Source: a virus
Lineage: Duplodnaviria; Caudoviricetes
Virus record (IMG/VR): IMGVR_UViG_3300033388_005412
Span: 139,295-203,294 of that record
Length of the DNA: 64,000 nt
Strand: one strand, 5' to 3'
Shown here: in pieces, positions 37,376 to 50,420 of the stretch
Position numbering within the stretch: position 1 is the stretch's first letter
Layout: every line of letters starts with the position of its first letter
Position numbers and translations under genes: made by a program
The notes under the pieces: model-generated
The model's database searches: none
Seen by the model: the letters and a program-made list of their open reading frames with translations, nothing else
What the model was told of the DNA's origin: nothing

Positions 37376-38824
37376 ATGGATGCACTTTGTGCGCTTTGTG
37401 GAAGGAAAATGGAAACAACTGATGGTATATGTGGTTGTCAGACATACCACGAATGGAAAGATAATAAAATACCACATAAATGTCCGGTGTGTCATGGTAC
37501 AGGTAAAGTAGACCGGGGATTTTATTCATCTGATACTGGAGCGTGGTCATCGTCATCAATGGGAAGAGAAATGTGTTTATCTTGCGGCGGTTCGGGGATT
37601 GTGTGGGGGGTGAATGATGAATAAGATCAATGATTATTGGAATACTGAAGTAAAAATACGTTTTATTGATTGGATTGATACAATTGCAGTTATAGCGATT
37701 TCCATTATTATTGGTGTTTTGGTTGTATCAATTTTAAAATGTGGAGGGTAATATGGAAGCGGATGATTTTAAAGATTTTAATTATCAAGTAGAAGCGGAA
37801 GAATATGCTCATTGGCTCGACGATTTTGTCTTTGATGTAAATATAATAGCAATTCCAAATTATAAGAATTGGGTATACAGAGTTTATTGGACGTGTTTTT
37901 GAAAAATTGGGAGTTAAGTAATGGAGGTGAATGATGAAAATAAAATTAACAAAATGAAAATAAAATTAACAAGAACATGTCCAAAATGCAACGGATGGGG
38001 AAAAGAGCGATTATCCAGTATTCATTGCACCATAGGAATTTTATTTGATTGTTCTAAATGTAATGGTGTGAAAAAAATTGAAGAAATTATAGAAATGGAG
38101 GCGGATGATGACAAGTTTTATATACGGAAATCTTTGGGTTGTTTATTTAGCTATTTGGTTAATAAGTCTAAAAATTTCTAAGTGGCAATATTTTGCTATA
38201 CTTATACCGACAATACTTTTAGTTGGATTAGCAATAGCCGTAAACGGAGGCAAGTAATGGCTAAGCCGAAAAAGAAACAAGTAATTGGATGGATAGAAAG
38301 AGACCACGATTTTAAATTTTATATGAGCCATTATGTTGGGGGATATAGACTTCACTTACTTATTCATAGAAAAAATCCCAATCCGCGTAATACAACAGAA
38401 ACAAATCATTGGAAAAAAGTTCGTGTAACTATGGAGGATATGAAATGAAAGCAATGTATATGCGTCTTATGGACGAACTCGGTAGAGAGCCAACGGATGA
38501 CGAAATGACAGATGAAAATGCGCGGTTAATTGATAAGGCAAAAATGGATGTGGGTGATGAATTTTTCAAGGAGGTATTGAAATGAAGAAAATATATCTTA
38601 TAACTATTGCACTATTGATTATCTCAAATATTATGGCGTTTCGTAAAGCGGCACACTATAAATCAATATTGAAACAGCATACGCCTTTAATAAATGAGAT
38701 AAACAATAAAATTCGTGTGTTTTATAACGATTATATCGATATATGTGAAAAAGCTGATATTAAATTTGGAGGAAATGATGAATTACAAAACAATGTACAA
38801 GAAAATTCTGAATCGTCTGAATAA
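37376..38824 (+). other. small genes incl. DnaJ-type CxxCxGxG zinc fingers (37376-37624, 37921-38181), 38257-38448, 38445-38585, 38582-38824
   Basis: CPVCHGTG/CLSCGGSG and CPKCNGWG/CSKCNG motifs. Confidence 0.6.
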
Positions 38825-39458
38825 AAATAGAGTTATTCCCGGTATGGAGAACTCGGAGCAGTTAATAAACCAGGCAAGAGCTGCCAAACTCGCCGAATAT
38901 CTTGAAGATAGACAAAATCGGCTGAATGAACAATGTGAAGGCTGTTATAAATTCGTGAGAAAGAATATAAGCATTGATGTTTTTCATACACCGTGGGATG
39001 AAACGCCTCATACATATAAGTATTGTTCTGAAACATGTATGGACGAAGATTTATTTGAACGTGATGATTTTTGTTATTTTTACTGTCGTGAATGTGGCCG
39101 GGTTGTTTGTGAACAGAACCCTTCACAGGGATATCAAACTCAAGTAAGAACAATAGACAATGAAAAATATTGTTTAAAATGTTATGAGAAAATAATACTG
39201 GAAGACGGTATAGATTTGGAAACTTTTGAAGAAGGCAGAATAAGCGGCATGTTTTTTAGCAGCGGAAATCCGGAATTGATTGATGCCGGGTATAGTGAAG
39301 TCAAGAACGTTCCGGGATTTATTAGGTCACAGGAGTCTATAAATACTTATTGTAAAAAAGCAATTGAGCTTATTAATGATGGATATAAAGTTGTTACAGC
39401 ATATGAACGCATGGGTGTGGGTTTGGAAGGATATGTGACTATGTTCTGTAGGAGGTAA
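38775..39458 (+). CDS. Cys-rich (multi-CxxC) hypothetical protein
   Basis: CEGC, CSETC, CRECG, CLKC; GGAGG before MMNYK. Confidence 0.65.
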   Translation: MMNYKTMYKKILNRLNKNRVIPGMENSEQLINQARAAKLAEYLEDRQNRLNEQCEGCYKFVRKNISIDVFHTPWDETPHTYKYCSETCMDEDLFERDDFCYFYCRECGRVVCEQNPSQGYQTQVRTIDNEKYCLKCYEKIILEDGIDLETFEEGRISGMFFSSGNPELIDAGYSEVKNVPGFIRSQESINTYCKKAIELINDGYKVVTAYERMGVGLEGYVTMFCRR

Positions 39459-39753
39459 CATGAAATTTAAACTAACGGCAGAATTTTCGGCGAAAGATGT
39501 TGAAGATGCGAAAATAATTGTTATTAAAACATTTGGTTTGCCACCGGAGTTATTCAAGCAAGTTAAATTTGAAAAAGTTAAGGAGAAAAAATGAAATTTA
39601 AATTAACGATGGAAGATGTTATGCATTGGCTGCTCATATTTAGTGGAACTGTAGTGATAGGTTATGCATCATCGAATATAACATTAACTTGCATTGGAAT
39701 ATTATGCATACAACTTGGATGGATTGTGAAAACCAAGTTGAAGGCGGATTAAT

Positions 39754-42700
39754 ATGGATATAATAATATATGTTTTAGGTGTGGTGTTTTTAATGTTTTT
39801 AGTGTTGATGTTGTGTATATTTTTGCTTTCTTGGTTTATTGAATTTTGTGAATTTTTACAAAGAATATCACAGGTAAAAAAAAGAAAAACGAATGTCCGC
39901 AAAGTTAGCATTGGCGTTGAAAGAATTATTAGAAGTTTGTTACACGGCTGATATGCATGAGGAATTACCAGAATGTATTGATGGTAGTTATTTAGACCAG
40001 GCAAAGAATACACTTACAGAATATGAGGAGAGTAAACAATGAATTATTATTTTCTAGGAAAGGGGTATGGAGAAGAACCGATGCTTGTTAAAATACCGAA
40101 AGCTGATAATCGTGAAGATGCGAATAAAATAATTGAAAAGGACACGGCAAGACGCGGTTATAACAGCACATTCTGGGACAAATGGGGTGTTATATTATCA
40201 ATGACTGAAATGAAATCAATAAAACGTAAAATCGGCGATTTCATTAACGACGCTGGTGATAAAAAATGAGCCATGTAAGTCGTAAACCATACATCACAAC
40301 GTCGAAAATATTTATGGAAACAGGAATGGAAACAGGAATGGAAACAGGAATGGAAACAGGAATGGTACGGTGTTTTAAAACACATCAACTCCCAGGCGGA
40401 AATCACAAGATAATTGTTAAGAACAAGAATCATGCGGTTATAATAAGTGATGGCCGGCCCTTGGAGAAAATTGATGGTAAATGGGTTTACACTGAATATA
40501 TTCAGAAGGGGATGAAAAATGGGAAAATTTGAAATCGGTGAAACTGTTATCATGCATGGATATGGTAATAGTAGAAAACTTGTCAAGATTGATTCAATTA
40601 CAAAAGCAGGAAATATTAAAATAAATGACGAAGTCTTTAGACCTGATGGTCATTTACGTGGTGGGGGTGTTTGGTCATCATCATATATTGACAAAACAAA
40701 TCCGGAAGAAATAAAGGAAATAAAAGATGAAATTTATAAAGAAAATTTAATTTATTTTCTTAGAAATTTTGATTTGAATACTTTATCAAATACTAAGTTA
40801 ACAGAAATATACAAAATAATGAAAGGAGCGAAGAAATGAAAATTTTATCAGAAAAAGAATACACAAGATTTGTGAAAGCAGATGAAATGGAGAGCCGGGT
40901 TTATATGGCTAACAGATGGCTGGCTGAATTTGACGATACATTGGCACCCATGTGGGATTATATAATAAAAGGCGATATTGACATCGACAAAATGAGAGAA
41001 AAACTTAGGAAGAAGTATGAAAAAATATAGGGTGATTGATTTACAGGGTTGCAATTTTATGGACGATACTTATGATGAACCCATGACTATAGCCGCTTTG
41101 AGGTCCAGATTCTGGGATCTCGATGACTGTCGAAGCAATACATATAATCAATTTACAAAAGATTATATATGTGACATGTGGATGGTTGAATTTGAGGAGA
41201 TTTAATGAAATATCAATTTTGCAAATGTAATAATTGTGGAGAGGTCTTTATTGATATAAATCCTGACACACAACCATCTTTTGAGATACCACGCGGTAAA
41301 ATTTTTAGAGAATTAACACAGCAGGAAGATGATGGCGGTTATTTCAGTGGCTGTCCAACATGTAAAACTGACGGATATTTAAGAGATGTGATAGATATGA
41401 AAGATGTTTTTCTGGGAGGTAAAAATGAGTAGAGTAAAAATTAAGTCACTGGAACATTTAAAAGAGATTTTAATAAATAGCGATAAGGATAGTGATGAAG
41501 ATTTTGTTTTGTTTTTAAATAGTGGTTTAAGATCATCTAAATATATTGGCTATGATGATGGTATATTCTGCATCACAAACTGTATTGATGATTCCGAGCA
41601 GGAATTAAATGATAAAGAAATTATGGATGATGAATATACAAACATAGGTAAAGGCATTAAACTCGGCGCATTTTACTGGGAGCCGGAGGAATAAATGGTT
41701 AAATATAAATCTGATAAGCGGATAGGACATGAATTCAGAAATATGAAAATAAACGAAATTAAATTTACAGGTAATCGTTCAGGATTCATAGATATTTACT
41801 TTCCGCACGGTGGTGAGTCAGTTGCTGGCGGGGCAAAAAACGTTTGTGATAATTTTATTATATATTATACAGGTGTAGTGGCATTTAGCTATTGGTATCC
41901 AAATGATATATACTGGCAATTATCTATGGCAGTTCGGAATAAAAGTGAGGATAGAAAATGAAAAATAGATTAACGTTAAAAAGTTTGAAAATTGAGATAG
42001 ATAATTTGATACATGATATCACAGATATAAAAGAACACCAAAGAAGCCACAAAAACAAAATAAATGAAATAATATCAAAAATGATAGATTGGGAAAACGC
42101 ATGTAAAGCGTTAGATCATCAAATGTATCAAATTGAGCTTGATATATTAAATAACCGGCATATAACAGAATGTTGTACCTGTCATTGCAAGGTAACAGAA
42201 ATGACAGCAAAACGTGAATGGAATAATGTGGTAATTGATCCTGATTGCAGAACATTTGACATAGTAGATAAATCATATAATGGTTATAAGTTGCTGGTGC
42301 CAATTTGCCCTGAGTGTGAGAAAGAAGGTGAAATAGCGATTTACAAAATGTTGTTCGAAAAGGATGATAAATAATGGATAAAGCCATATATAAGCAACCA
42401 TGCGAAAAAATGTATCATGTATTTACAAATGATAATGATAGCTGGGTGGAAAATTTGTCAGAGGCGGTGAAAATCGCCAGAATAATGAACCGGGATCATG
42501 GATGTGTAAGAATATATGAAGAAACTAATTGGGATGAAGAAGAAGGACTATTTATAGATGAAAATTGTATTTTAAGTTACGGTGGATTTCCGCGTTAGGA
42601 GGATAAATGCTCACATTTACAAGATTTAGTAAACAATGGTATTGGGAAAATCATAGGAAACATTTTAAAGACTTCAAAGACAATATTTTTGTTATAGATA

Positions 42701-44658
42701 GATGTTCAAATGGAGGATGTAAATGGGAATTCATGATACGACAATATGATTTTGGTATTGACGATACGCAAGCCGTTCGAATAGAAATGTTTGATGATGG
42801 TGTGACATCTTTGAAAAATAGTAGAGTTGTAAAAATGCTGGTTGACCTTAAAGGCTGTTCAACTTTAGATAATGCTGAAATAATATTAAGAAAACACAAA
42901 TTTAAGGAAATAATAGAGAAGGAGGATAAATGATTGAATTAACAAATTTCGAGAAAGAAGATGTTCGAGCGCAACTTAACATAAATGGGATGCGTAAAAG
43001 TATGGTTAAGTCCGTTATGTCGGCAATTGGTAAGAGAACTGTATCATTCGGAGATGATTATGAAAGGAAGTTTTCAATTATTAAAGTTGGTAAATCATAT
43101 GGTGTAGCCAAAAGATGTACATATAAAAGGAAGAAATCAGATGATGAACCCAGAATGTCCACCGGATTTACACTGGCGCTTATGAGAGCATTAGATATGC
43201 TTAAAGAGAATGATGATGAACAGAATCAGAGATAAAATAGTATCAGAACAAGCCACAGGCTGCTGTGAACATGGTGAACTGACCTTTCAGACAAAAGATA
43301 GCGGGATAACGGACGAGGATGCGATTAAGCGACTTTATAATGGAGAAGAGGTCGCTGTGCCTTCCGCCGGTTCCGGGAGTTATAATGACATATTTCAAGT
43401 TCTAGGGTTTAACGAGGTTAAAGTTATTGACTGGGACAATTCAGCGGGAGATTGGACATTCGGAGTAAAGAACAAATCCGGTTGGAGAATTGCCTGGCAG
43501 GAAAATAGATATCCGTATTATGGATTCAGATATTTTATTAATTTAGATGATTATGGCTATAGGTTGTTTGAAGATTTAATCAATACGGAGAACTGATGTC
43601 AAACAAAAAATTTAACAAATTAATTTTTCTTGAGATGCAAAAATTAATGCCAGGAAGACCGATTAAATATTATTTTCATGCTAAAAATAATAAAGTTGAA
43701 ATAAGGTTTAGAGATGGATATATCGTTAATTACAACATTGATGGTAAATTTAAAAATGATGACAAATTTTGTACGATAGTAGCTAAACAACTTGGCGCGG
43801 CTGCAGTGAGCCATTGGAGATCATATGTTGAAAACATTATGGGAGTGATGAGCCCCAAAGAGATAAAGGAGATAATAAAAGGAGAGTCAGAATGAAGAAA
43901 TATACAGTAGTTTGTGCTGATTTTATAATACACGTAAGAAAAAAAGAATTACCAATTATACGCAAAAAACTAATAAAAAGTCTTAAAGGGTGTGGTTTGG
44001 ACTTCTCAAGAGGTGGAATATCTTTTTATGATAAAATTGAATTAAAAGGAGAATAGAAATGAATGATTCTTATGTAGACAAATTTTTAAGATTTATTAAA
44101 GAATGCAAAACAGATGAAGAAATTTGTGATGTGATAAATAGAATATATGAAGACGGCTTCGAGGACGGGTGCAATGAAAATTAATATACCGAAAAAATAT
44201 TTAATCAAGGATTTTACTTATATGTTGGAAGGTGTTATAATATCGGGAAATATTAAAGGTAACAAAAAAGCAAAATTTAAAGCAACCCTTGGTAAAAAAT
44301 TTGCAAAAAAGATAGCCACAGGTTTGTATTCTTATCTTAAGGAATGGGCTGTTAAGGAGAAAAGATGAAAGGAGAAAAATTCCCGGAACACGAGAAGCTT
44401 AAAAAAATTAAAGACAAATCGCAGGTGATCGGTGATTTTATGTCGTGGCTTAATGATATTAAAAAACTTTATTTATGTACATGTACAGATGTAGCTGAAC
44501 TTGATGGTCAGGATGATTATGGTGATTTGGAAGAGGTATTTTGGCCGGCACATAGGGATGTTACAAAACTTCTTGGTGAATATTTTGATATTGATCTAAA
44601 TAAACTTGAAAAAGAAAAAGTAAAAATGCTCGATCAAATAAGAGATGGAAACAAATAA
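39754..44658 (+). other. run of about 17 small hypothetical genes
   Basis: e.g. 40039-40269, 40266-40532, 40519-40839, 40836-41030, 41017-41205, 41205-41432, 41425-41694, 41695-41961, 41958-42374, 42374-42598, 42607-42933, 42930-43235, 43216-43596, 43596-43895, 44365-44658. Confidence 0.6.
40314..40365 (+). repeat. in-frame 12-bp tandem repeat (METG x4)
   Basis: ATGGAAACAGGA x4 + ATGG inside 40266-40532. Confidence 0.9.
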
Positions 44659-44664
44659 GGGGGT

Positions 44665-45927
44665 GTGATGAAAGCAATAGCAGTGTTTGCCGGAAAAGGC
44701 GGCGTAGGGAAATCAAGTATTTCTGCATTATTATCACTAGCTTTAAAAAAGAATCATAAAGTGGCTTTATTTGATGCTGACTTAAATACGCCATCTATCC
44801 CCATTTTATTTAGAAAATCTCATAATTTTAAGAATATGAAAATATTCTCTGTTGGTGATATAGCTAAGTCTGGTAAAGCAATTGCTTTGACTGGAAGAGT
44901 TGTTAAGAAAACATTGCGTGAGTTAGCAAATCGGATTGAAAAATATAATCCTGAAATTTGTATCATTGATATGCCGCCGGGTACCGGTGATGTGATGATG
45001 CAGGTATGTGAGCGAATAAAACCAAGTTCATTTTTGCTGGTATTGCAACCGAATAACCTAGCAAAAGAAGATGCATTAAGAGCTGTTAGTCTGTTTTATG
45101 GAACAAAAATACCGATAACAGGTATAATTGAAAATATGGTTGGAGATGTTTTTGGAGAAAGTAAAGCAGTTGGTATAATGAATTTGCCCGTGTTAGTTTC
45201 GTTGCATCTTAGAACTGATATAGCAAAGTTTGGAAGCGCTGGTGAAATTCATATGATTCAAGATAACCCATTAGAGAAGGTAGCGGAAGAAATTTTCAAA
45301 AAAGCATGCGAGGTGTCATGGAAACAGGTTCCAAAGAAATTACTAGAAGGTCCAACTGAGAAGGAATATAAGAATGCGTATTACGATAGCAGTCCTTGGG
45401 ATCCTGAATCGAGTCATAAGGGAAGTTTAAGATTCGTGGGAACCAATTCATGGGATTATATTAGAAGGCGACTCATGGATAGAGAAACGTCGCTTGTTCC
45501 TGATCAATTTCTTGCATATAATGATGCGCAAACTGTCCGCAAGATGCTGAATGGATTAGATGAAGATAACGAGGGTATGTTTATGGTTGTTCGGCCGCCC
45601 AGTACACAAATAAAGCTATTTCCAGGAGAAATTGGAACTGCACATCTTTGGATGGGGAGTGAAACATATTACGGCGTCCCTAGTATATCATACCAAACGG
45701 ATCAGGGAGAAGTTAGATTGTTTCCTCATGAGGCATCTCCAGTAAGTTATGAACTACTTGTGGAATTGCAGAATGAAAAAGAACTTATACGGGCGAAAAA
45801 ATCATCAGTGCCAAGATATTTGCCTAATGGAAAAATACTTATGAAAATTGCTCGTGCATTTGGAACGAGATGTTTCGTGACTAAAAATTGGAAAGATGAA
45901 TATAAGGAATTAGGAGTAAGAACATGA
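44665..45927 (+). CDS. Mrp/ApbC (NBP35)-like P-loop ATPase with long C-terminal extension
   Basis: GKGGVGKS deviant Walker A, DADLNTPSIP, IIDMPPGTGD, GIIENM. Confidence 0.85.
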   Translation: MMKAIAVFAGKGGVGKSSISALLSLALKKNHKVALFDADLNTPSIPILFRKSHNFKNMKIFSVGDIAKSGKAIALTGRVVKKTLRELANRIEKYNPEICIIDMPPGTGDVMMQVCERIKPSSFLLVLQPNNLAKEDALRAVSLFYGTKIPITGIIENMVGDVFGESKAVGIMNLPVLVSLHLRTDIAKFGSAGEIHMIQDNPLEKVAEEIFKKACEVSWKQVPKKLLEGPTEKEYKNAYYDSSPWDPESSHKGSLRFVGTNSWDYIRRRLMDRETSLVPDQFLAYNDAQTVRKMLNGLDEDNEGMFMVVRPPSTQIKLFPGEIGTAHLWMGSETYYGVPSISYQTDQGEVRLFPHEASPVSYELLVELQNEKELIRAKKSSVPRYLPNGKILMKIARAFGTRCFVTKNWKDEYKELGVRT

Positions 45928-48390
45928 AAATAAAAAAGGGTGAATTATTAGAAATTAATCACACGCGGAAGGGTGTGTTTAAAGGTGTTGCTACGGAGGA
46001 TTTTGATACAGAGAAAAACGAATTCTATCCGATAGTTCTTGCTGAGGAAATTGTGTATAGATTATCGACGTCTTGGTTAAAAGGCGAAAAAATACCTTGT
46101 GGAAAATCATTTTGTAGTATTAATTGTTTGGGGCATCATGGTCACAAAAAACAAATAAAGGAGAAAAAATGAAAATAAATGATTTTATTAAAGAAATAGT
46201 TAGTTATTTTGATTCGAAACAAATATTAACAGAAGAAGAAGAATCATTATTGGAGCAAGGCAGGAATTTGATTGAAACATATACTGTTATTTTGATGGAT
46301 AAAAATGGGGAAGTTGACAGAACAAATGTTGATGAAAAATCAGACGAACTTGCATGGGAATTATTTAGAGAATTTGAGAGAAATGAAAATTATAAAATAA
46401 CAGACGGCATGTACATTGTATGGGAATAAATAAGGAGGATAAATGAATATCGGTGAAGAACATTTGTATAAATGGCAGTATGGAATGCTCGGCGGCTTCA
46501 TGAAAGCACTGTTTAGTGCTATATGCAAAGCTGATGGCGATAATATACAAAAACTGAAAAAAGCATTTCCGGAAGAAGTTGAAGCATACAGGAGATTTTC
46601 AGAAGAATCGGGTTATTGGGATAAAATAAGAAGCGAATATATAAATAGGTGAGGAGCCAAATGGATAAATTATACGAAACAGATTATGTTATTAAAAATC
46701 AACAAGGTGACTTTGTGAGATTTAGCAATGGTGATATTATTATATATGGTAATAGAAATGAAGCAAGATATGACACAAATGTTGGCGAGATGATGATATC
46801 ATGTACAATGCTACGTAGCAAAGAACAAAAAATGATATTGAAGCAGGTATGTGATGATAGAACTTAAGAATATTTATTTAGAAAAAGTTGAGGGCCACCA
46901 GCCTATTCCACAAATCGGTAATTATAAAACCTTTGAAGAAGCTGAATCGACATTGCATTGGTGGTCAAAGAAATCGCCGGAAAACGGGGCATATGATAAA
47001 ACAGATTTTACTGTGGAGTTTAAAGATGGTTTTAAATATAGAGGAACTATAGATCTTAAGAATGACGGCACGAGTTATCATCTTATGACGCATATACTTG
47101 ATTTTCTATACTTCTACTCTGGCCGCCGGAGACCGGTATGGCTTGATAATAAAAAATATAGGGAGTCATTGGTGAATATTGACACGACAATTCATGGTAT
47201 GATATTAGATAAGTATTTCAAAAAATATAAGGAGGATTTATAATGGAAGTTTGTATTGTAACAACAATGTGTCCTAAATGTGAAACATGCTTTAATGGGA
47301 CGCAAGAAGATATTGGTGATAAATGTCCAGTGTGCGGGTACGATGGTAAGGAAGATTTAGATGAATAACAATGAGCGGGAAAAACTTGAAAAGAAACACG
47401 GCCAGGTGTGGGATACTAACGAATTAACAGATGATTTTGATGTAAAAAGTTTTATAGCGCCGTTTGTGGTGGTGGAAAGGTCGTCTGACGGTAAAAGGGG
47501 AACTCTTATGTTTCAGCATCACCCGCGATTCTATTTTGACTTTGAATTCAAAGATAAACAAAAGGAGGAAAAATGAGCAATTATTATGGTAATTTTCGTA
47601 GCAATTATTTTAGCGTAAAAAATTTAGAGAAGTTTAAAAAAGAATTAAAAAAATGGGTTAGCAGTTCTTCCGAAGGTAATGATTATGATGTTTGGGATGG
47701 AGAAGGAAATAATAAAGGTAAAATAGCACTTGGCGGATATTGCAGTATTCTTTGTAAACTTGACGATAGTGCTGATAATGGAATCAGTGAAGAAGACTTT
47801 AGTGAGTTTATTCAGAAACATCTTGATAATGATGTGGCGATAATACAGGAAGTTGGTAATGATAAACTAAAGTATCTAGCTGCTTACACGTGGTATATTT
47901 CACCGAAGATAATTAAGTTTGTTGATGGAAGTTTTGATGTAAATATAATTACAGATTTAGGATTTAGTCCTGTTAATGTAACACGTCCGGAATATTAAAG
48001 GAGAATATAAATGAACGAATATATAACATTACTGGGCACTGAAGATGTTAAAAATGCTGGTGGTTCAATGCGTGCGGCCGCAAGTGATATGATACGTGCC
48101 GCAAGTATAATAAGTGAAGCAACTAATCAACACCAGAGAAGTTTAGAAGAATTTATAGACCGATTTGAAGCAGCGATAGAAAAAATAAATAAGGAGAAAA
48201 AATGAATCAGGATTTAAACGAATTAAAAGAGATGGCGAGAACGATTTATGAGATCATGAAAGATGAAGAATTGGCTGATGCTATTGCTTCATCCTATCGT
48301 AATATTTATTGTAAATTAGTTGAAAAGGGTTTTACTGCTGATGAAGCTATTACTCTTTTATCTAGAATGAATTTTGGCGGAAGTAAGTAA
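45924..48390 (+). other. run of small hypothetical genes (45924-46172, 46169-46429, 46443-46652, 46649-46867, 47361-47576, 47573-47998, 48011-48205, 48202-48390)
   Basis: SDs and overlaps. Confidence 0.6.
46851..47243 (+). CDS. possible LPD25-like (polyvalent-protein-associated) domain protein
   Basis: TFEEAE..L...GAYDKTDFTVEF.DG..Y.G..DL pattern; family assignment from memory. Confidence 0.45.
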   Translation: MMIELKNIYLEKVEGHQPIPQIGNYKTFEEAESTLHWWSKKSPENGAYDKTDFTVEFKDGFKYRGTIDLKNDGTSYHLMTHILDFLYFYSGRRRPVWLDNKKYRESLVNIDTTIHGMILDKYFKKYKEDL

Positions 48391-48409
48391 AAATAGAATG
48401 AGGTGAAAA

Positions 48410-49246
48410 ATGAAAGCCCAATCATTAACAATATGTGTTCCATATAAAGGGTGTGACAAAAATTGCCCGTATTGTATTTCCAAGATGACAGGATCAATTG
48501 AGACTAATAGTACAGTAATGGGGCGCAATATTGAAAAAGCTATAACATTTGCCAAAGCTGCGGATGTTACAAATGTAATTGTAACAGGTAAGGGCGAACC
48601 TTGCTTAAACATGTCAGATGTTATTATACTAGGACGGCGTTTTAAGACTTTCCCATTGGAATTACAAACAAATGGTATAGTGTTATCAAAAAAACAAAAA
48701 CTGGTTGAAGATTTATACATCGCAGGATATAATGTTATTGCTATCTCAGTTGATAGTTTAAGACAACTTGTGTTATTTACCAATTTGTTCCGGGCAATTC
48801 GAAAATTAGGAATATTAAGCCGAGCCGTCGTTAATGTTACACAGTTAACAGCACCCTACGAATTTGAAAATTTTATTGAAATATGTAAAAAAATCGGTAT
48901 TGATCAGTTATCTTTTCGAAAGGTTGTTGCGCCAAAGTATATTGAAGATACTGATAATGAAAGACATGATGCAGTAAAGTGGATTCAAAAATGGGTTTAT
49001 GATTCTGAATATGTTCAGAGGTTTTTTAAATTATTGGACCACACGTTGTCTGAGTCGCCACTGTCCAGAGTGCTGATGAAATTACCTTATGGTGCTACCA
49101 TATACGATTATAACGGAATTGCTGTTACATGGTTTGATTACTGTGTTCAGGATTCGAATAATGGAGATGACATCAGAAGTTTGATTTTTCAAGAGGACGG
49201 TCATATGTATTCCGCCTGGAATTCGAAAGCAAGTAAGTTATTTTAG
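48410..49246 (+). CDS. radical SAM protein
   Basis: CxxxCxxC (CDKNCPYC), VIVTGKGEP, ELQTNG, IAISVD. Confidence 0.88.
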   Translation: MKAQSLTICVPYKGCDKNCPYCISKMTGSIETNSTVMGRNIEKAITFAKAADVTNVIVTGKGEPCLNMSDVIILGRRFKTFPLELQTNGIVLSKKQKLVEDLYIAGYNVIAISVDSLRQLVLFTNLFRAIRKLGILSRAVVNVTQLTAPYEFENFIEICKKIGIDQLSFRKVVAPKYIEDTDNERHDAVKWIQKWVYDSEYVQRFFKLLDHTLSESPLSRVLMKLPYGATIYDYNGIAVTWFDYCVQDSNNGDDIRSLIFQEDGHMYSAWNSKASKLF

Positions 49247-49255
49247 AGAGGAAAA

Positions 49256-49848
49256 ATGAAAATTAAACTATTTAGTGAAATAAAAATAGGAACAAAATTT
49301 CTATTAGTTAATTCTACTTGTGTGGTTTTTGAGAAAGTAAATGGCAATGGATACAATGCAGTTGAATTATGTGATAAATGTAGCAAGAACATCGAGAAAA
49401 GAGAATATATAGGTCCTAATGCTTTGGTGATAATTTAATGGGGGATAAGGATGAAAACAATATCAAGAAAAGAACTTGAAAGAAGAGTTTTTTGCAATAA
49501 ACGTGTCCCAAAATTTATCAATGATAATGGTACTCGAAAAGAGTGGATTGGAATAGGTTGGTTTCCCTTAACCGTATTACCTAAAGAAACAGATGTCGTT
49601 GTTACCGATGTAGGGGAAACAAAATGAAAATAAATAAAAAAGAACAAAAGAAAGTTGATGACTGGAATAAAAATTATCAAGTTGGTCAAAAAGTTATTGT
49701 TAAAAAAGATGATGGTGCGGAGATTAAGACTGTTACAACTAGTCATGCGGCATTGCTTGGTGGTCATACAGCAGTTTGTTGGTTTAGAGATATCTCTGGG
49801 TGCTATTGTCTTGACCGCGCAAAAGCAATAGGAGAACAAAATGAGTAA
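49256..49848 (+). other. small hypothetical genes (49256-49438, 49624-49848)
   Basis: SDs and overlaps. Confidence 0.5.
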
Positions 49849-50419
49849 AGGAAATGAAAAATGTGTTTTTGTTAATGTCGACACTCAAATCGATTTTATG
49901 AATAAAGACGGAGCGTTGTATGTTCCTGGTGCTGAGGACATCAAACCGAATCTCAGTAAATTGACCGAGTATGCGCTAAAATATAGAATAAAAATTATGT
50001 CAACATGTGATTGTCACTTGAAAGAAGATAAAGAACTCTCAAGAAACGGCGGTCCGTTTCCTGATCACTGCATGTTTAATACATATGGCTGTTATAGAAT
50101 TCCTGAAACACGAGTGCCGATTTGCAAAGGAGGCCCATATTATAAAAGATGTTATGATATTTTTGATGATAAATTGGGTTCTGAATATTTCGATCGGCAA
50201 TTAACTAAGTGGAATGTTAAAACTGCTGTTGTGTATGGTATTGCACTCGATATATGTGTTCGTGCTACCATAATTGGTTTATTAAAACGTGGAATAAAAA
50301 CGTATTTAGTAACAGATGCAACAAAGGCCGTTGATGAAGAAAAAGGAAAAGAAACAATAAAAGAGTTGATGGATAAAGGTTTACAATTGACAACAACGGA
50401 AAAAACTATTACAATATAG
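49841..50419 (+). CDS. pncA: nicotinamidase (isochorismatase family)
   Basis: VDTQIDF..GALYVP, TCDCH, FPDHC, GIALDICVRAT. Confidence 0.88.
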   Translation: MSKGNEKCVFVNVDTQIDFMNKDGALYVPGAEDIKPNLSKLTEYALKYRIKIMSTCDCHLKEDKELSRNGGPFPDHCMFNTYGCYRIPETRVPICKGGPYYKRCYDIFDDKLGSEYFDRQLTKWNVKTAVVYGIALDICVRATIIGLLKRGIKTYLVTDATKAVDEEKGKETIKELMDKGLQLTTTEKTITI

Positions 50420-50420
50420 T

